Positions 1-12,555 of a DNA stretch of 64,000 nucleotides are shown here, one piece after another. Below the pieces are notes generated by a model. It was given only the letters and a program-made list of their open reading frames with translations, made no database searches and was not told the DNA's origin. The translations under genes were made by a program, and so were the position numbers. How positions within the stretch are numbered: position 1 is the stretch's first letter; the number at the start of each line of letters is the position of its first letter. The DNA is from Leucoraja ocellata. Lineage: Eukaryota. The stretch spans positions 2,480,001 to 2,544,000 of the forward strand of contig JAWMAR010000138.1 in the NCBI GenBank assembly GCA_036785375.1, given 5' to 3'.

Positions 1-597
1 TTGATTGGCCACAGTAGGTTGAGCCCCTAGTGTGTAGGGAGTGGATCCATAAGGACAATGAAGCCAAATACAAGTACAGCAGGTCGAGCTAAGAGAAAGA
101 TACCAGAGTGTAGAATATAGTTTTTCAGCATTGTTGCTCTCTAGTTCCAGGGAAAAGGATGGCTGGAAAAGATTCAGAAAAGACCAGTTGGCCACAGAAC
201 TCAGAGGGTCTCGAACCATAACGTTATCGGTCTCTGTTCTCCAGAGATGCTGCCTGACCTGCTGAGTAACTCCAGTGTTCTTTTGGCTACAGATCTCGCT
301 GATCGAGTCTGCTCAAGTTCCTGGCAGTCACAAGATCGCCATACCTGAAATAAGGTTAAGAGAATATTAGGTTTGACAGCTAGAAATACTGATAGATTTA
401 CAAGTGGAAACGTGATTTATTACATTGTAGACCATCTTGTGGGACTGGAAATGTAACGCTACATTGATGGTAAACTATATTCTATAGGCTGGTACTTTTC
501 TCTTCACTCTACCAGTTGTATTTTGTGTAGGGCTTGGTTGTTTTAGAGATACAACATGGAAACAAGCCCTTCGGCCCACTGACTTTGCACCCAGCAA

Positions 598-985
598 CAT
601 AGAAAAATAGGTGTAGGATTAGGCTGTTCGGCCCTTCGAGCCAGCACCGCCATTCAATATGATCATGGCTGATTATCTAAAATCAGTACCCCATTCCTGC
701 TTTTTCCCCATATCCCTTGATTCCTTTAGCCCCAAGAGCTAAATCTAACTCTCTGTTGAAAACATCCAGTGAATTGGCCTCCACTGCCTTCTGTGGCAGA
801 GAATTCCATAGATTCACAACTCTCTGGGTAAAAAAGGTTTTTCCTCATCTCAGTCCTAAATGGCCGGCCCGTTATGCTTAAACTGTGACCCCTGGGTCTG
901 GACACCCTTAACATCGGGAAAATCTTTCCTGCATCTAGCCTGCTAATCCTTTAAGAATTTTATATGTTTCTATAAGATCCACATC
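598..985 (-). mobile_element. CR1/HER1 3' fragment nested in a V-SINE
   Basis: GHSL.I.G.PFRTEMR motif; SINE halves at about 540-597 and 1000-1215. Confidence 0.8.
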
Positions 986-1812
986 TACAACAATCACACA
1001 TACACTTGTTCTATCCTACACACACCAGGGATAATTATAGCACAGCCAATTAAAATGCAAAATTGCACATCTTTGTGATGTTGGAAGGAACCGGAGCACC
1101 CGTTGTTAACCCATACGACCACAGGGAGATCGTACAAAATTTGGACAGATAGCACCCGTAGACAGGATCGAACCTGGGTCTCTGGCGCTGTGAGGCAATA
1201 ACTCTACTGCTGCGTCTCCTGCCGCCGATGATATTCCTCTTTGGGGGCCAGTACGCAAAGAGCCGCCACACTCCTTCATTGACATGTCTCATAATTCTGG
1301 GAATTCGGATCCGAGTCAGGGTTCTGAACCTGAACCATTCACTCCTTCTCAGACTTGAATTTTTTTTAAGCGGAGATTGACAGGTTAATAATCAGTAAGG
1401 ACATCAAAAGTTACGGAGAGAAGGCAAGAGAAAGGGGTTGAGAAGGAAACTAGATTAGCCAGGAGTAGACTCGATGGGCCAAATGACTCCTATGTCTTAT
1501 GATCGAAACTAAACATTCCATGTGTCCCCAGAGCCAGTATCTACTTAAAGTTGGTATAAACATGCAACACCCATTCAATTGAAAGGGCGATATTGTCCCC
1601 TGGGAGAAAGCCAAGTGATTATGGTTTTCTTAACGTTTTGTTTTGTGGGGATGAGTTTTGGGTTTTAAATGCAAAACATTTTGAACTTTACTTGTACGCT
1701 ATTGGACATTTGTGCAAATCATTGCCTCGATGATCCACAATTGTTTCCACAGTCGTTCCGTGAGTCTGTCCGGCTATGTGTGTTGGCACTGACTGCTCTT
1801 GTCCATGGACTC

Positions 1813-2268
1813 TTGATTCCTGGGATGTCAGGACTGTCTTATGAAGAAAGACTGGATAGATGAGATTGAGAGGGGATCTTATAGAAACTTACAAAATTCT
1901 TAAGGGGTTGGACAGGCTAGATGCAGGAAGATTGTTCCCGATGTTGGGGAAGTCCAGGACAAGGGGTCACAGCTTAAGGATAAGGGGGAAATCCTTTAAA
2001 ACCGAGATGAGAAGAACTTTTTTCACACAGAGAGTGGTGAATCTCTGGAACTCTGCCACAGAGGGTAGTTGAGGCCAGTTCATTGGCTATATTTAAGAGG
2101 GAGTTAGATGTGGCCCTTGTGGCTAAGGGGATCAGAGGGTATGGAGAGAAGGCAGGTACGGGATACTGAGTTAGATGATCAGCCATGATCATATTGAATG
2201 GTGGTGCAGGCTCGAAGGGCCGAATGGCCTACTCCTGCACCTAATTTCTATGTTTCTATGTTTCTATG
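1813..2268 (+). mobile_element. Young CR1/HER1 3' fragment (intronic)
   Basis: RLRGDLIETYKILKGLDRLDAGRLFP...; (TTTCTATG)n tail. Confidence 0.9.
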
Positions 2269-2394
2269 GAGTTCTTGGGCTCCTGGATGGCGATCACACA
2301 GAGACCACGATGGATTAAGATGGCAGGTTTGGCGGACTTTACGGTGAAGTAATATCTGGATAATATCATTAACGACATGATATGATCTTGTCAG

Positions 2395-2667
2395 CTCCAT
2401 ACAGTTCGCCAAATATGACCTTACTTGAAGAATCTATCAGTTGCGAAACAATGGGATATCCTCCTGCTCAGATTCACTGGATGCTCAATGGAGAAAGAAA
2501 CCTCACCAATATATCAAGAACCGACAGAGAAAACACAACGGAAGGTCTGGTTAAAATCACCAGCAAACTTCCAATCAACCTATCCAAAGATAATCCAGAG
2601 AATAGCTATACTTGTTCTGTATGGAATGAGGCAGAGGGAAGAATTGAAGTGGATGCATCCTCATCAA
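2395..2667 (+). CDS. IgC-domain exon of a B7-family (CD276/B7-H3- or PD-L1-like) type I membrane protein; upstream leader/IgV exons not seen in the window
   Basis: Acceptor tcag|ctccat (AG 2393-2394), donor tcaa|gtaagt (GT 2668), phase 1-1. Translation APYSSPNMTLLEESISCETMGYPPAQIHW...GLVKITSKL...YTCSVWN matches B7 IgC hallmarks (APYSxP start, C-x-GYPxAxxxW, GLxxxxSxL, YxC). Five N-glycosylation sequons. Confidence 0.8.
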
Positions 2668-2714
2668 GTAAGTTCATAACCTTCATCTCTCATGATTGGG
2701 GAAAAAAGAGATCT

Positions 2715-3365
2715 TTAAATAATTGCAGATAGACAAAGCACTGGAGTGAACTCCATGGGTCAGGCAGCACCAGAGAAAAAGGATGGATCCCTTCTTCAGA
2801 CTGAAAGTAGAGGGGAGGGAACTGTAGGTAAGAAAAGGCAGGGTCGGCAACAGATAACCAAGAAAGAGTGGAGCTCACAATGGCCCATTGTTGGGTGGGG
2901 TGGAGGTGATAACGAAGAGATACAAGGATGCAGTGGAATTGGAATGATGCGTAGGGGGGAGAGAGAAGCAATGCAGGGGTTACTTGAAATAAGAGAACTT
3001 AATGTTCATACCGCTGGGTTGTAAGACGCCCAAGCGAAATATTAGGTGCAGTTCCTTCAACTGTGACAATGGACAGGACAGAAAGGTCAGTGTGGGCATG
3101 GGAAGAAGGGCAGTTAAAATGATTGGATCTGGGAGATCCCATAGGCCAAGGTAGACTGAGAATAAGTGTACAGCAGGGGACATTTCCAGAGCAGGGGTTG
3201 GCCTGGGTGGGAAAGGATGAGTGAGAGTTGAGGAAGTAACGGTCTCTGCGGAAGGCGGAAAGAGGTGGAGAAGGGCTGACGTGACTAGTGGTGGGATCCC
3301 GTTGGAGGCGACGGAAATGTCGGGCATGATGTGTTGTATGCGATGGCTGGTGGGGTGACAGGTGA
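2715..3365 (-). mobile_element. Degenerate Penelope-like fragment in a B7-like intron
   Basis: RHFRRLQRDPTTSH..PSPPLSAFRRD and ELHLIFRLGVLQPSGMNI. Confidence 0.75.
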
Positions 3366-3455
3366 AAGCTGCAACAAAATAACTGTACTAACAAATGACA
3401 CCAGTGCTCATTTGCTGAAACTTAATGTGCCTTTTATTTCCTTCTAAACTTTTAG

Positions 3456-3602
3456 TTTCAAATCTTGTCGAATTGAACCCAGAACGGCAAAGAGAAGAAA
3501 AGAAGAAAAAGGTTCTCACTGCAGTCTATGTCATTATTGGAGCTCTGCTCTCTGGGATACTTATCCTGGGTCTTTTCCTACTCAGGAAAAGATACAGTCC
3601 AG
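3456..3602 (+). CDS. Stalk + transmembrane exon of the B7-like gene
   Basis: Acceptor tttag|tttca, donor ccag|gtacaa, phase 1-1, in frame with the IgC exon. Encodes (I)SNLVELNPERQREEKKKK-VLTAVYVIIGALLSGILILGLFLL-RKRYSP: hydrophobic helix followed by a basic stop-transfer. Confidence 0.8.
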
Positions 3603-3895
3603 GTACAACTATTCAGCAAATGGTTCCATGAGAAGCCTTGTAATCTTTGTTACATGAAGTATTACCTGCGCGAATCTTTGGTATTAAATTAGCCACGGAT
3701 AACCAATTATTATAATTATAATATACACCAGTAATTAAGCGACCTATGTAATATTTTGTTCTATTGGTACAGTGCAAAGCTTTTGTTGCGTATCAACCAG
3801 TCAGCGGAAAGACAATACATGATTACAATCAAACCATCCACAGTGTACAAATGCATGATGAAGGGAATAACTCGAGTAACGTTTAATGCAAGCTA

Positions 3896-4520
3896 ACATA
3901 GACAGAGACATAGACATAGAAAATAGGTGCAGGAGTAGAGGCCATTCGGCCCTTCGAGCCTGCACCGCCATTCAATATGATCATGGCTGATCATCCAACT
4001 CAGTATCCCGTACCTGCCTTCTCTCCATACCCCCTGATCCCTTTAGCCACAAGGGCCACATCTAACTCCCTCTTAAATATAGCCAATGAATTGGCCTCAA
4101 CTACCTTCTGCGGCAGAGAATTCCAGAGATTCACCACTCTGTGTGTGAAAAATGTTTTTCTCATCTCAGTCCTAAAAGATGAGAATTCCCCCTTATCCTT
4201 AAACTGTGACCCTTTAGCTCTATCTAGTTATAAAAAAAAAACGAAGAAAAATGCAAAAAGTATTGGAGACAATGTAATAATAACTGACAATATTATCAAT
4301 TTAAAAATGTAAGACAGTAATGATGTAATAGATTATGTACCTATCTCCAATAATAAAAAATAAAAAAAAAAATAAATAAAAAAAAAAAAAACTGTGACCC
4401 CTTGTTCTGGACTTCCCCAACATCGGCAACATTCTTCCTGCATCTAGCCTGTCCAACCCCTTAAGAATTTTGTAAGTTTCTATAAGATCCCCCCTCAATC
4501 TTCTAAATTCTAGCGAGTTC
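3896..4520 (-). mobile_element. Young CR1/HER1 3' fragment interrupted by a poly(A)-tailed insert (about 4214-4390)
   Basis: Reverse CR1 ORF end; aaactgtgaccc duplicated on both sides of the A-rich insert. Confidence 0.85.
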
Positions 4521-4833
4521 GCAACCCTCTCAACCCCATTCTCCTGCCTTCACCCCATAACCCCTGACACCCATACTAAGCAACAGTCTATCAAACAATA
4601 TTATAGGTAGGATTGTCCCAGTCTCAACATTTCCTCTATTTTGTTGAAATAAAATTATTTTGAAGGTTGAAATTACTTGAATGTTATGGATAATCTATGA
4701 TTGTTTATTTTTAATAGGCATTTTTTGGAGTTTAAGTGTAAGAAAAATGTACTGGAATATTTTACACAATTATCTTACTTCAAATGAATTAATAACAAAT
4801 TATTAATAACAAATTATTTGTTTTTAATTTTAG

Positions 4834-4868
4834 ATCAAAGCCTCAAACCAGAATATATGCCACCATTG
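4834..4868 (+). CDS. Cytoplasmic mini-exon of the B7-like gene (DQSLKPEYMPPL)
   Basis: T-rich acceptor ttttag|atcaaag and donor ttg|gtaggt. Phase-1 entry matches the TM exon; the exit is phase 0. Confidence 0.6.
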
Positions 4869-4947
4869 GTAGGTTTGATTTCAAATATTCGACTTATTTT
4901 TAACAACTTGCGTCACTATTCTTATAGTTTCTTTGTTCTTTTAACAG

Positions 4948-5592
4948 TAATGTCCGGAACAGTGCAACTGGTAAATTCAATCCACTGAGCCAGCGTTTTG
5001 CAACGCAATGTTTTATCGGTTTGCTCATCTTATTGTGCAACTGCGCAACTTCAGCATCTGCCACAGAGATTGCGAAAATCATTGTAGCCTGAAAACTAAA
5101 ATTATGCTTTCACGATCCAGTGAATGGAGCAACGAACGATGGCACTTTGCTGAGCTCCGCCACTCGTTTTGTTTGACGTCACCAACATCATACATTGATT
5201 ATTCGCACTTAGTAAAACACAACGGCACGGTGGCGCAGCGTTGGAGTTGCCGCCTTACAGCGCCGGAGACCTGGGTTCGATCATGACTATGGGTTCTATC
5301 CGCACAGTGTTTGTACATTCTCCCTGTGACTGTGTGGGGTTTCTCCAGGTTTTCCAGTTGCCTCCCACAGTCCAAAGACGTGCAGGTTGGTTGTAAAATT
5401 GTAAATTGTTTGTAGTGTGTAGGCAAGTGCTAGTGTACGAGATGATCGCTGGTCGACACAGATTCGGTAGGCCAAAATCAAAAGAAAGACTGGATACAAA
5501 AGAGGCCAATCAGTTTCCCTAAGGAATAACACTGCTTTACACATAGAATGCTTAATAAATCAATGAGCCAGCCACCATAAATGTATAATAAA
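4948..5592 (+). other. Probable terminal exon of the B7-like gene: stop codon TAA (4948-4950) plus 3' UTR
   Basis: Acceptor ttctttgttcttttaacag|TAA after a 79-nt intron. AATAAA at 5554-5559 and 5587-5592. Confidence 0.45.
5222..5478 (+). mobile_element. HE1-type tRNA-derived V-SINE (representative); other copies at about 6890-7175, 9620-9905, 24895-25195 (+) and 15645-15890, 16190-16455, 23360-23650, 37970-38270, 51725-52030, 57915-58190, 58525-58780, 59045-59870 (-)
   Basis: A/B-box head ggcacggtggcgcagc...gggttcgatc, V-domain ttctccctgtgac.gcgtgggttt..tccgg..ttcctcccaca, CR1-like tail. Confidence 0.85.
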
Positions 5593-8500
5593 AGAGAAGA
5601 ACATCTTCGGCTCAGTTGCACTTTGAAAGTTTGCTTCCTGTGGGTTGGTAACGGAACAACCATGAAGAAGTTTTTCTGCAGGACTGCACTTCCCACAATA
5701 TAAAAGAGGAAACGTTCTTTGCCAACAGCTACTCTGAATGAATCAACAGAACTTGTATGTCGCCCAATTGCAAAGCTATTTTGATCTGTGCAACACACGT
5801 ATTAACATTTTAGAGAGTTTTCATTTGTTCTCTTTCCAACTAAAATTATTTTTGTCACTTTAATGGATGTTGAACCATCTCTGGTAAGTTAACCTACACT
5901 ACTGCTTGTATGAGCCAAGCCAATGAATGTGAGATGGTCATTTAACTATGTAAGATTTGTCATCGGTCCCTAACACTTAAGAAAATTTGGTGACACCGTT
6001 TGTAGCAGTCCTAAAATGCAAATAATATCCAGTGCATGCAGTATTTTTTACAAGAGTTCACTATTTCATTGAAGTAACTGATTCAAACCCAATGGAAGTT
6101 GTGGTCATGTATGCAATGTGAAATCTAACACAGGCTAGACTCAGAGTCTATGTTAGAATGGAGAAACAAGAAACCGCAGGTGCTGGTTTACAAAAAAATA
6201 CACAAAATGCTGGAGTAACTCAACGGGTCAGCCAGCATCTCTGGTGAAGGTGGATAGGTGATGTTTTGGGTCGGAACCCACCTTCAGAATGAACTTTCGT
6301 CTGAAGAAGAGTCCTGTCCCGAAACATCACCGATTTACCTCCAGCAGAGATGCTGCCTGACCCGCTGAGTTACTCCAGCATTTTGTATCTTTCTTCTTCT
6401 TTCATGTGGCGTGCACAGCCTAACGTTGTTGGACAACTTTGATCTTCCGTTTGTGCACGTCGAGTTGATTGCATTAGTCGAAACAGGGCGGACCACGTGA
6501 AGGTCGCAACCTTCCACCCCTGTGTCTTTCTGTTAGAATGAGACTGGCTGAGTTTATTCTGCTTGTTTTATTGCCAGAAGAGCCAAAAAAAAAGTTATGA
6601 ACTAATTATTTTTGAATTGTTTGTAGAGTCTGTGATGCATTGTTAGCAATTCTGCCAGGAAATAAATAGGTTGTGACCTTTCCATTCTTTATCGCTTTCT
6701 TCCTCATGTGAATGCTTTGACTGCTGGTCAAATTGCACAATTTCCATCAGTCCTTGCCTTAGTTTTACGATCGTCAGGGGATTCATATGACTTCCATTTC
6801 AACGAGGGCCTGTGACTTAAATTGGTGGTGATTTAATCAACACAATCCAATTCTCAAACATCATCAGTGGGATTTATATTCGGTGACTCCACAGTGGTGC
6901 AGAACCGAGTTTCTGCCTCACAGCAATAGAGACCCAAGTTTGATCCTGACTTCAGGTGCTGTCTGTACGGAGTTTGTACGTTCTCCCTGTGACCGCGTGG
7001 GCTTTCTCCAGGTCCTCCGGTTTTCCCTCACACTCCAAAGACGTACAGGTTTGTAGGTTGATTGGCTTCTGTAAATTGACCCTAGTGTGTAGTAGGATAG
7101 AGCTTGTGTATGGGGTGATCCTTAGCTGGCTTGGACTCAGCGGGTCAAAGGGCCTGTCTCCGTGTTGTATCTTTCAATTAATTACAGAAGAGTGATATCA
7201 TTTCTGAAAACTTTGGCAACACACCAGGTATTTTGTAGAGTGCAGCGGGACAGTATTTTTTCTGAGTTTATGATTACCACAAGTCAATTATTACAGCAAC
7301 ATGATTTCACAATATTGAAATAGTTTCAATTAGACAAGCTTTTTAAAAAGCTTGCAGTGAAAACGGGGTGACTGAAGGTAAGGGCTTTAGTTATTCACAG
7401 TATATAGCAATGATACAGATGAGAGACATTTGTAATATTTTGCTGACAAACATCAAACTCGGTGCGATCGTGAATTGTGTGCACATCTCCCCATTCTAAC
7501 TGAAGAAGGGTCTCGACCTGAAACGTCACACATTCCTTCTATCCAGAGATGCTGCCTGACCCGCTGAGTTACTCCAGCATTTTGAGACTACCATTCTATC
7601 CCTCTCTGTCTCCCTGCCTAGAACCATTCTTACATTCACGCTCCGCCTCCTCCAATTGAAACCAAAACAAAGCATGTTCTGCTGTGAACATTGCTAGCCT
7701 TGGTTTCAAAGAACAGCAGAATTGTTTATAGACTTCTAAACGGTTACCTTTGCCCAGTGACTTTGCCAAGATAAAGAACAATACCATAAAGATAGAGCAC
7801 ACCTGTAGGAAGGAACTACACATGGCTGGTTTACACCGAAGGTGGACACAAAATGCTGGAATAACTCAACGGGTCAGGCAGCAAGTCAGGAGAAAAGGAA
7901 TAGGTGATAATTCGGGTCGAGACCATTGCTCAGACTGAGAGTCGGAGGGGGGAGGGAAACTCGAGGTGTGCAAAGATTCAGAACAAATCAGAGCCGGCAC
8001 CGATGACCAAGGAAAGGTCAACGAACATTCTCGACCCATAACATCGCCCATTCCTTCTCTCCAGAGATGCTGCCTGGCCCGCTGAGTTACTCCAGCTTTT
8101 TGTGTCTATCTTCTGGAGCCCACAATAGTCCATTGTTGGCTGTGGAGCCAACAAAGCCATCAATTGTAGTTGATGTCATTTCAAGATAATTAGTAAAGGC
8201 AAATATAGAAGAATTATAAAATAGGAAAGGCAGTCGGAGTGAAAGGGAAGGCACAGAATTTACTCCTCAAATTCAGTCCATGAAAGATCGCCTCCCTGGG
8301 CCTTCATCACTGTAATGGACAATGTAGAGTCAAAAAGGGCCAGAATAATGTCCAACTGTTCCATGATGACCAAGTTGGCCCATCAAAGCTAGTGCCTCTT
8401 CACTGTGTTCGGCCATATCCCTCTAAACATTTCCTATCCATGTACCTATCCAAGTGTTTTTTATATGCGGTAGAACCTGCCTCACCTACCTCCTCTGGTA

Positions 8501-9159
8501 GCCCACTCCTTATACCAACCACCCTCTGAGTGAAACAGTTTCCTGTTAAATCTTGCCCGTCTCAATTTAAACCTATGTCTTCAGGTTCTTGATTTCTCTA
8601 CCCTGGGTAAAAGACACTGTGCTTTCACCCCCGTTTATTCCCCTCGTGATTCTGTACACCTCTATAAGATCACCCCTCAGCCTTCTGTGCTCCAAGGAAG
8701 AAACTCCCAGCTTACTCGACCTTTTCTTTTAGCTCAAGCCCTCAAAATCTGTCAGCATCCTCGCAAATCTTCTCCGCATTCTTTCCAGCCTCATGACAGA
8801 ACTTGTTTGTCTGCAACTTGGTGGCATGTTTTGTTTCTCATGACTTATAAGATTTGTGCGCGCGTTTTGCAAATCCTTTGTAAAGTTAAATTCTCTCTTC
8901 AAATTGTTTTGTATAAATAAATGTGTTCCATTAAAAAATAAGATATCTGTGTTTAATCATCTTGGTTAGCTGGAGGTATCTGCTTGTTAGTAAGGAGACA
9001 TCACTCAGACGGGACACATCACTCAGACGGGACATCACTCAGAATACTGATCGTGAACAGCTAAAACCCTTTCAGAAAAGAGTAAATCAGCTTTTGAAAT
9101 ATTATAACCTCACTAAACTGAGGCTGCTAGTAGATTATTTATAATAGGTAAGATTTATA

Positions 9160-9585
9160 GGTTGAACAAGTTAGGGCTTTATTCTTTGGAGCGCAGAAGG
9201 TTAAGGGGGGACTTGATAGAGGTTTTTAAAATGATGAGAGGGATAGACAGAGTTGACGTGGAAAAGCTTTTCCCACTGAGAGTAGGGAAGATTCAAACAA
9301 GGGGACATGACTTGAGAATTAAGGGACTGAAGTTTAGGGGTAACATGAGGGGGAACTTCTGTACTCAGAGAGTGGTAGCTGTGTGGAATGAGCTTCCAGT
9401 GAAGGTGGTGGAGGCAGGTTCGTTTTTATCATTTAAAAATAAATTGGATAGTTATATGGACGGGAAGGGAATGGAGGGTTATGGTCTGAGCGCAGGTATA
9501 TGGGACTAGGGGAGATTATGTGTTCGGCACGGACTAGAAGGGTCGAGATGGCCTGTTTCCGTGCTGTAATTGTTATATGGTTATT
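9160..9585 (+). mobile_element. CR1 subfamily 2 3' fragment (near-identical copy at about 60320-60765 on -)
   Basis: ORF 9162-9509 LGLYSLERRRLRGDLIEVFKMMRG...; ORF 60403-60750 is nearly identical. Confidence 0.88.
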
Positions 9586-9914
9586 TAAAGTTTTATCTTT
9601 AAAACTGGTAACTTTGGAGAGGCATGGAGGCGCAGCATTAGAGTTGCTGCCTTACAGCACCAGAAACCTGGCTTGAATACTGACTACAGATGCTGTCTGT
9701 AATAAGTTTGTACCTTCTCCCTGTGACTACGTGGGTTTTCTCGGGGTGCTCCAGTTGCCTCCCACATTCCAAAGACATGCTGGTTTGTAGGTTAATTGGC
9801 TTCAGGAAATTGTGTAGGATAGAGCTAATGTACAGGAGATTGTGAGTTGGCGCTGACTCAGTGGGTCAAAAGGTCTGTTTGCACGCTGTGTCTCTAAAAC
9901 TAAAAATCATCGCA

Positions 9915-10468
9915 CGATCTCATTTGGACTACGCAGTATTTAGACCTCATTTGGACCACGCAGTTGCAGCATGGGACCCATACACAAATAAAAAAATGTC
10001 TTCCATCGAACGTGTCCAAAGACAGGCAGCTCGATTTGTTACTAACACCTATGAGAGAGAAGCGAGTGTCACCAAACTTCTGAATTCTCTGGGGTGGAAC
10101 CCTCTCCAAGACACACGTGAAGCTCACCGTTTGACCTGTTTTTACAAAATGTTAAATGGTCAGCTCGACATAGACTACAAGACCTACACCAAACCCAAAC
10201 CAATTAGGAGCGGACGAGGGCATTCGATCCAATTTGTGACCCCAGCTACAAAGACAGATGTGTACAGCAATTCGTTCTTCCCCCGCACAATTAAAGCATG
10301 GAATAATCTCCACCAAATTATAGTTACCCAACCAGATGCAACTAAATTTAAAGTAGCTCTTTCTTCCCAATAAACTTTTCTGGCTTAAGCCCTCCCTTCA
10401 CCACCTCCAGTTTAAATTCCAGTTGGAATATTTTGGAGTACAGGTACCAAGAAACCAAGAACCAAGAT
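9915..10468 (+). mobile_element. CR1/L2-group LINE 3' fragment of invertebrate-like (Daphne/Crack-like) type
   Basis: RPHLDHAVAAWDPY..IERVQRQAARFV..Y....SVTKLLNSLGW..L...RLTCFYKM...NSFFPRTIKAWNNL; (CCAAGAA)n tail. A second tail copy lies at about 37293-37357 (-). Confidence 0.75.
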
Positions 10469-10589
10469 CTGATGTTCTCTCCATTCCTCTCTCTGATCCT
10501 CATTTTCCAACTTTGTTTCTCTTCTCTCTGCTTCCTGCTCATCCTCTGTCCTCTTTGATTCCTTTTCTCTGTTCTCCGCGAAACCAGCA

Positions 10590-12432
10590 TCTGCCGTTGC
10601 GTTCCACACATTCCCATGGTGTGGCCATCAAAAAGGCCAAAGGGGACTTCTGCTCCAAGCTGGGGGATGAGACAGATGTTCGGCAGCTGTGGCGGGGCCT
10701 GAATGCAATCACCTCTACAAGGCGAAATCAGGAGGTAGCTCGAATGTCGGCGTAGCATCACTCTCTGACGAGCTCAATGCGTTTTACGCATGCTTTGATA
10801 GGGAGAAAACTGGTGTTCCTTTTTCCATGACTGGTGTTCCTTTTTCCATACCACCCCCATTCGCCGTGATGGTATTTCAGTCTCAGTCACAGAGGCCGGC
10901 ATCAGAAAATCCTTCAGAGGGGTGAACCCTCGAAAAGCACCTGATGGTATACCCGGTCGTGTTCTAAAACTTGTGCGGGCCAACTGATTGGAGTTTTTAC
11001 GGACATTTTCAACCTCGCACTTCTGAGGTCTGAGGTTCCCACCTTCTTTAAAAGGGCATCAATTATACCGGTGCCCAAGAAGAGCAAGGTGACATGCCTC
11101 AATGACTATCGACCAGTGGCACTAACGTCGGTGGTGATGAAGTGCTTTGAGAGGTTGATCATGGCGCAAATCAACTCCTACCTCGACAAAAACCTGGACC
11201 CACTGCAGTTCGCTTACCGCCACAACAGATCAACGGTGGATGCGATCTCGCTGGCTCTCCACTCCGCTCTGGACCACTTGGACAACAAAAACTCATTAGT
11301 CAGGCTAATATTCATTGATTACAGCTCGTCATTTAATACAATCATCCCCTCCTAGCTGGTTACCAAACTCGCAGAAGTGGGCCTCTGCGCATCTCTCTGC
11401 AATTGGATCCTCGACTTCCTCATTCACAGACCACAGACTGTTCGAATTGGTGGAAATGTGTCAGCTCGATAACAATCAGCACCAGAGCACGTCAAGACTG
11501 CGTGCTCAGCCCCCTGCAGTACTCACTCTATACTCATGACTGCGTAGCCAGTCATAGTGCGAACTCCATCATCAGGTTCGCTGATGACACCACTGTTGTG
11601 GGACGTATCACTGATGGGGACTAGTCAGAGTATAGAAGAGAGATCGACCGACTGACCAAATGGTGCCAGCACAATAAACTGGCCCTCAACACCAGCAAAA
11701 CCAAGGAACTGATTGTGGACTTTGGAAGAGGTAGGGTCGATAGTGGAAAGGGTCAAGAGCTTCAAATTCCTGGGCGTGCACATCTCTGAAGATCTTTCCT
11801 GGTCCCAGAACACTGATGCAATTATAAAGAAAGCACATAAGTGCCACTACTTCCTGAGAAGATTACGGAGAGTCAGTTTGTCAAGGAGGACTTTCTCGAA
11901 CTTCTACAGGTGCACAGTAGAGAGCATGCTGACCGGTTGCATCGTGGCTTGGTTCTGCAACTTGAGCGCCCAGGAGCGGAAAAGACTACAAAAAGTAGTA
12001 AACACTGCCTAGTCCATCATCGGCTCTGACTTTCCTTCCATCGAGGGGATCTATCGCAGTCGCTGCCTCAAAAAGACTGGCAGTATCATCAAGGACCCAC
12101 ACCATCCTGGCCACACACTCATCTCCCTGCTACCTTCAGGTAGCAGGTACAGGAGCCTGAAGACTGCAACATCCAGGTTCAGAAACAGCTACTTCCCCAC
12201 AGCCATCAGGCTATTAAACTCAACTCAAACAAAACTCTGAACCCATTTTCTGTTTATTTGCACTTTATCTGTTTTATTTATTCATGTGTGTATATATTTA
12301 TATTATGGTATATGGACACACTGATCTGTTCTGTATTCATGTCTTCTATATTCTGTAGTGCTGATGCAAAGCAAGAATTTCATTGTCTTATCTGGGACAC
12401 ATGACAATAAACTCTCTTGTATCTTGTATCTT
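10590..12432 (+). mobile_element. Rex1/Babar-type non-LTR retrotransposon, 5'-truncated, frameshifted RT
   Basis: [63 protein letters not shown]; 3' AATAAA plus (TCTTGTA)n tail. Confidence 0.88.
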
Positions 12433-12555
12433 GTTTAGTAAGATTATGACTACAGCTGTATTCAAATCACACTAACAACTTGGAATCAGATGACAAAAGA
12501 ATTGGACATTCAGAATTGGAAATTCTATTAATGTAAATCAAGATGATGGAGGCAG

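Noticed and set aside
8995-9043. Three copies of gacatcactcaga (also three about 25-bp units at 30925-31000) as a CRISPR-like array
   Set aside because: Head-to-tail minisatellites with no unique spacers, in a vertebrate genome with no cas genes.
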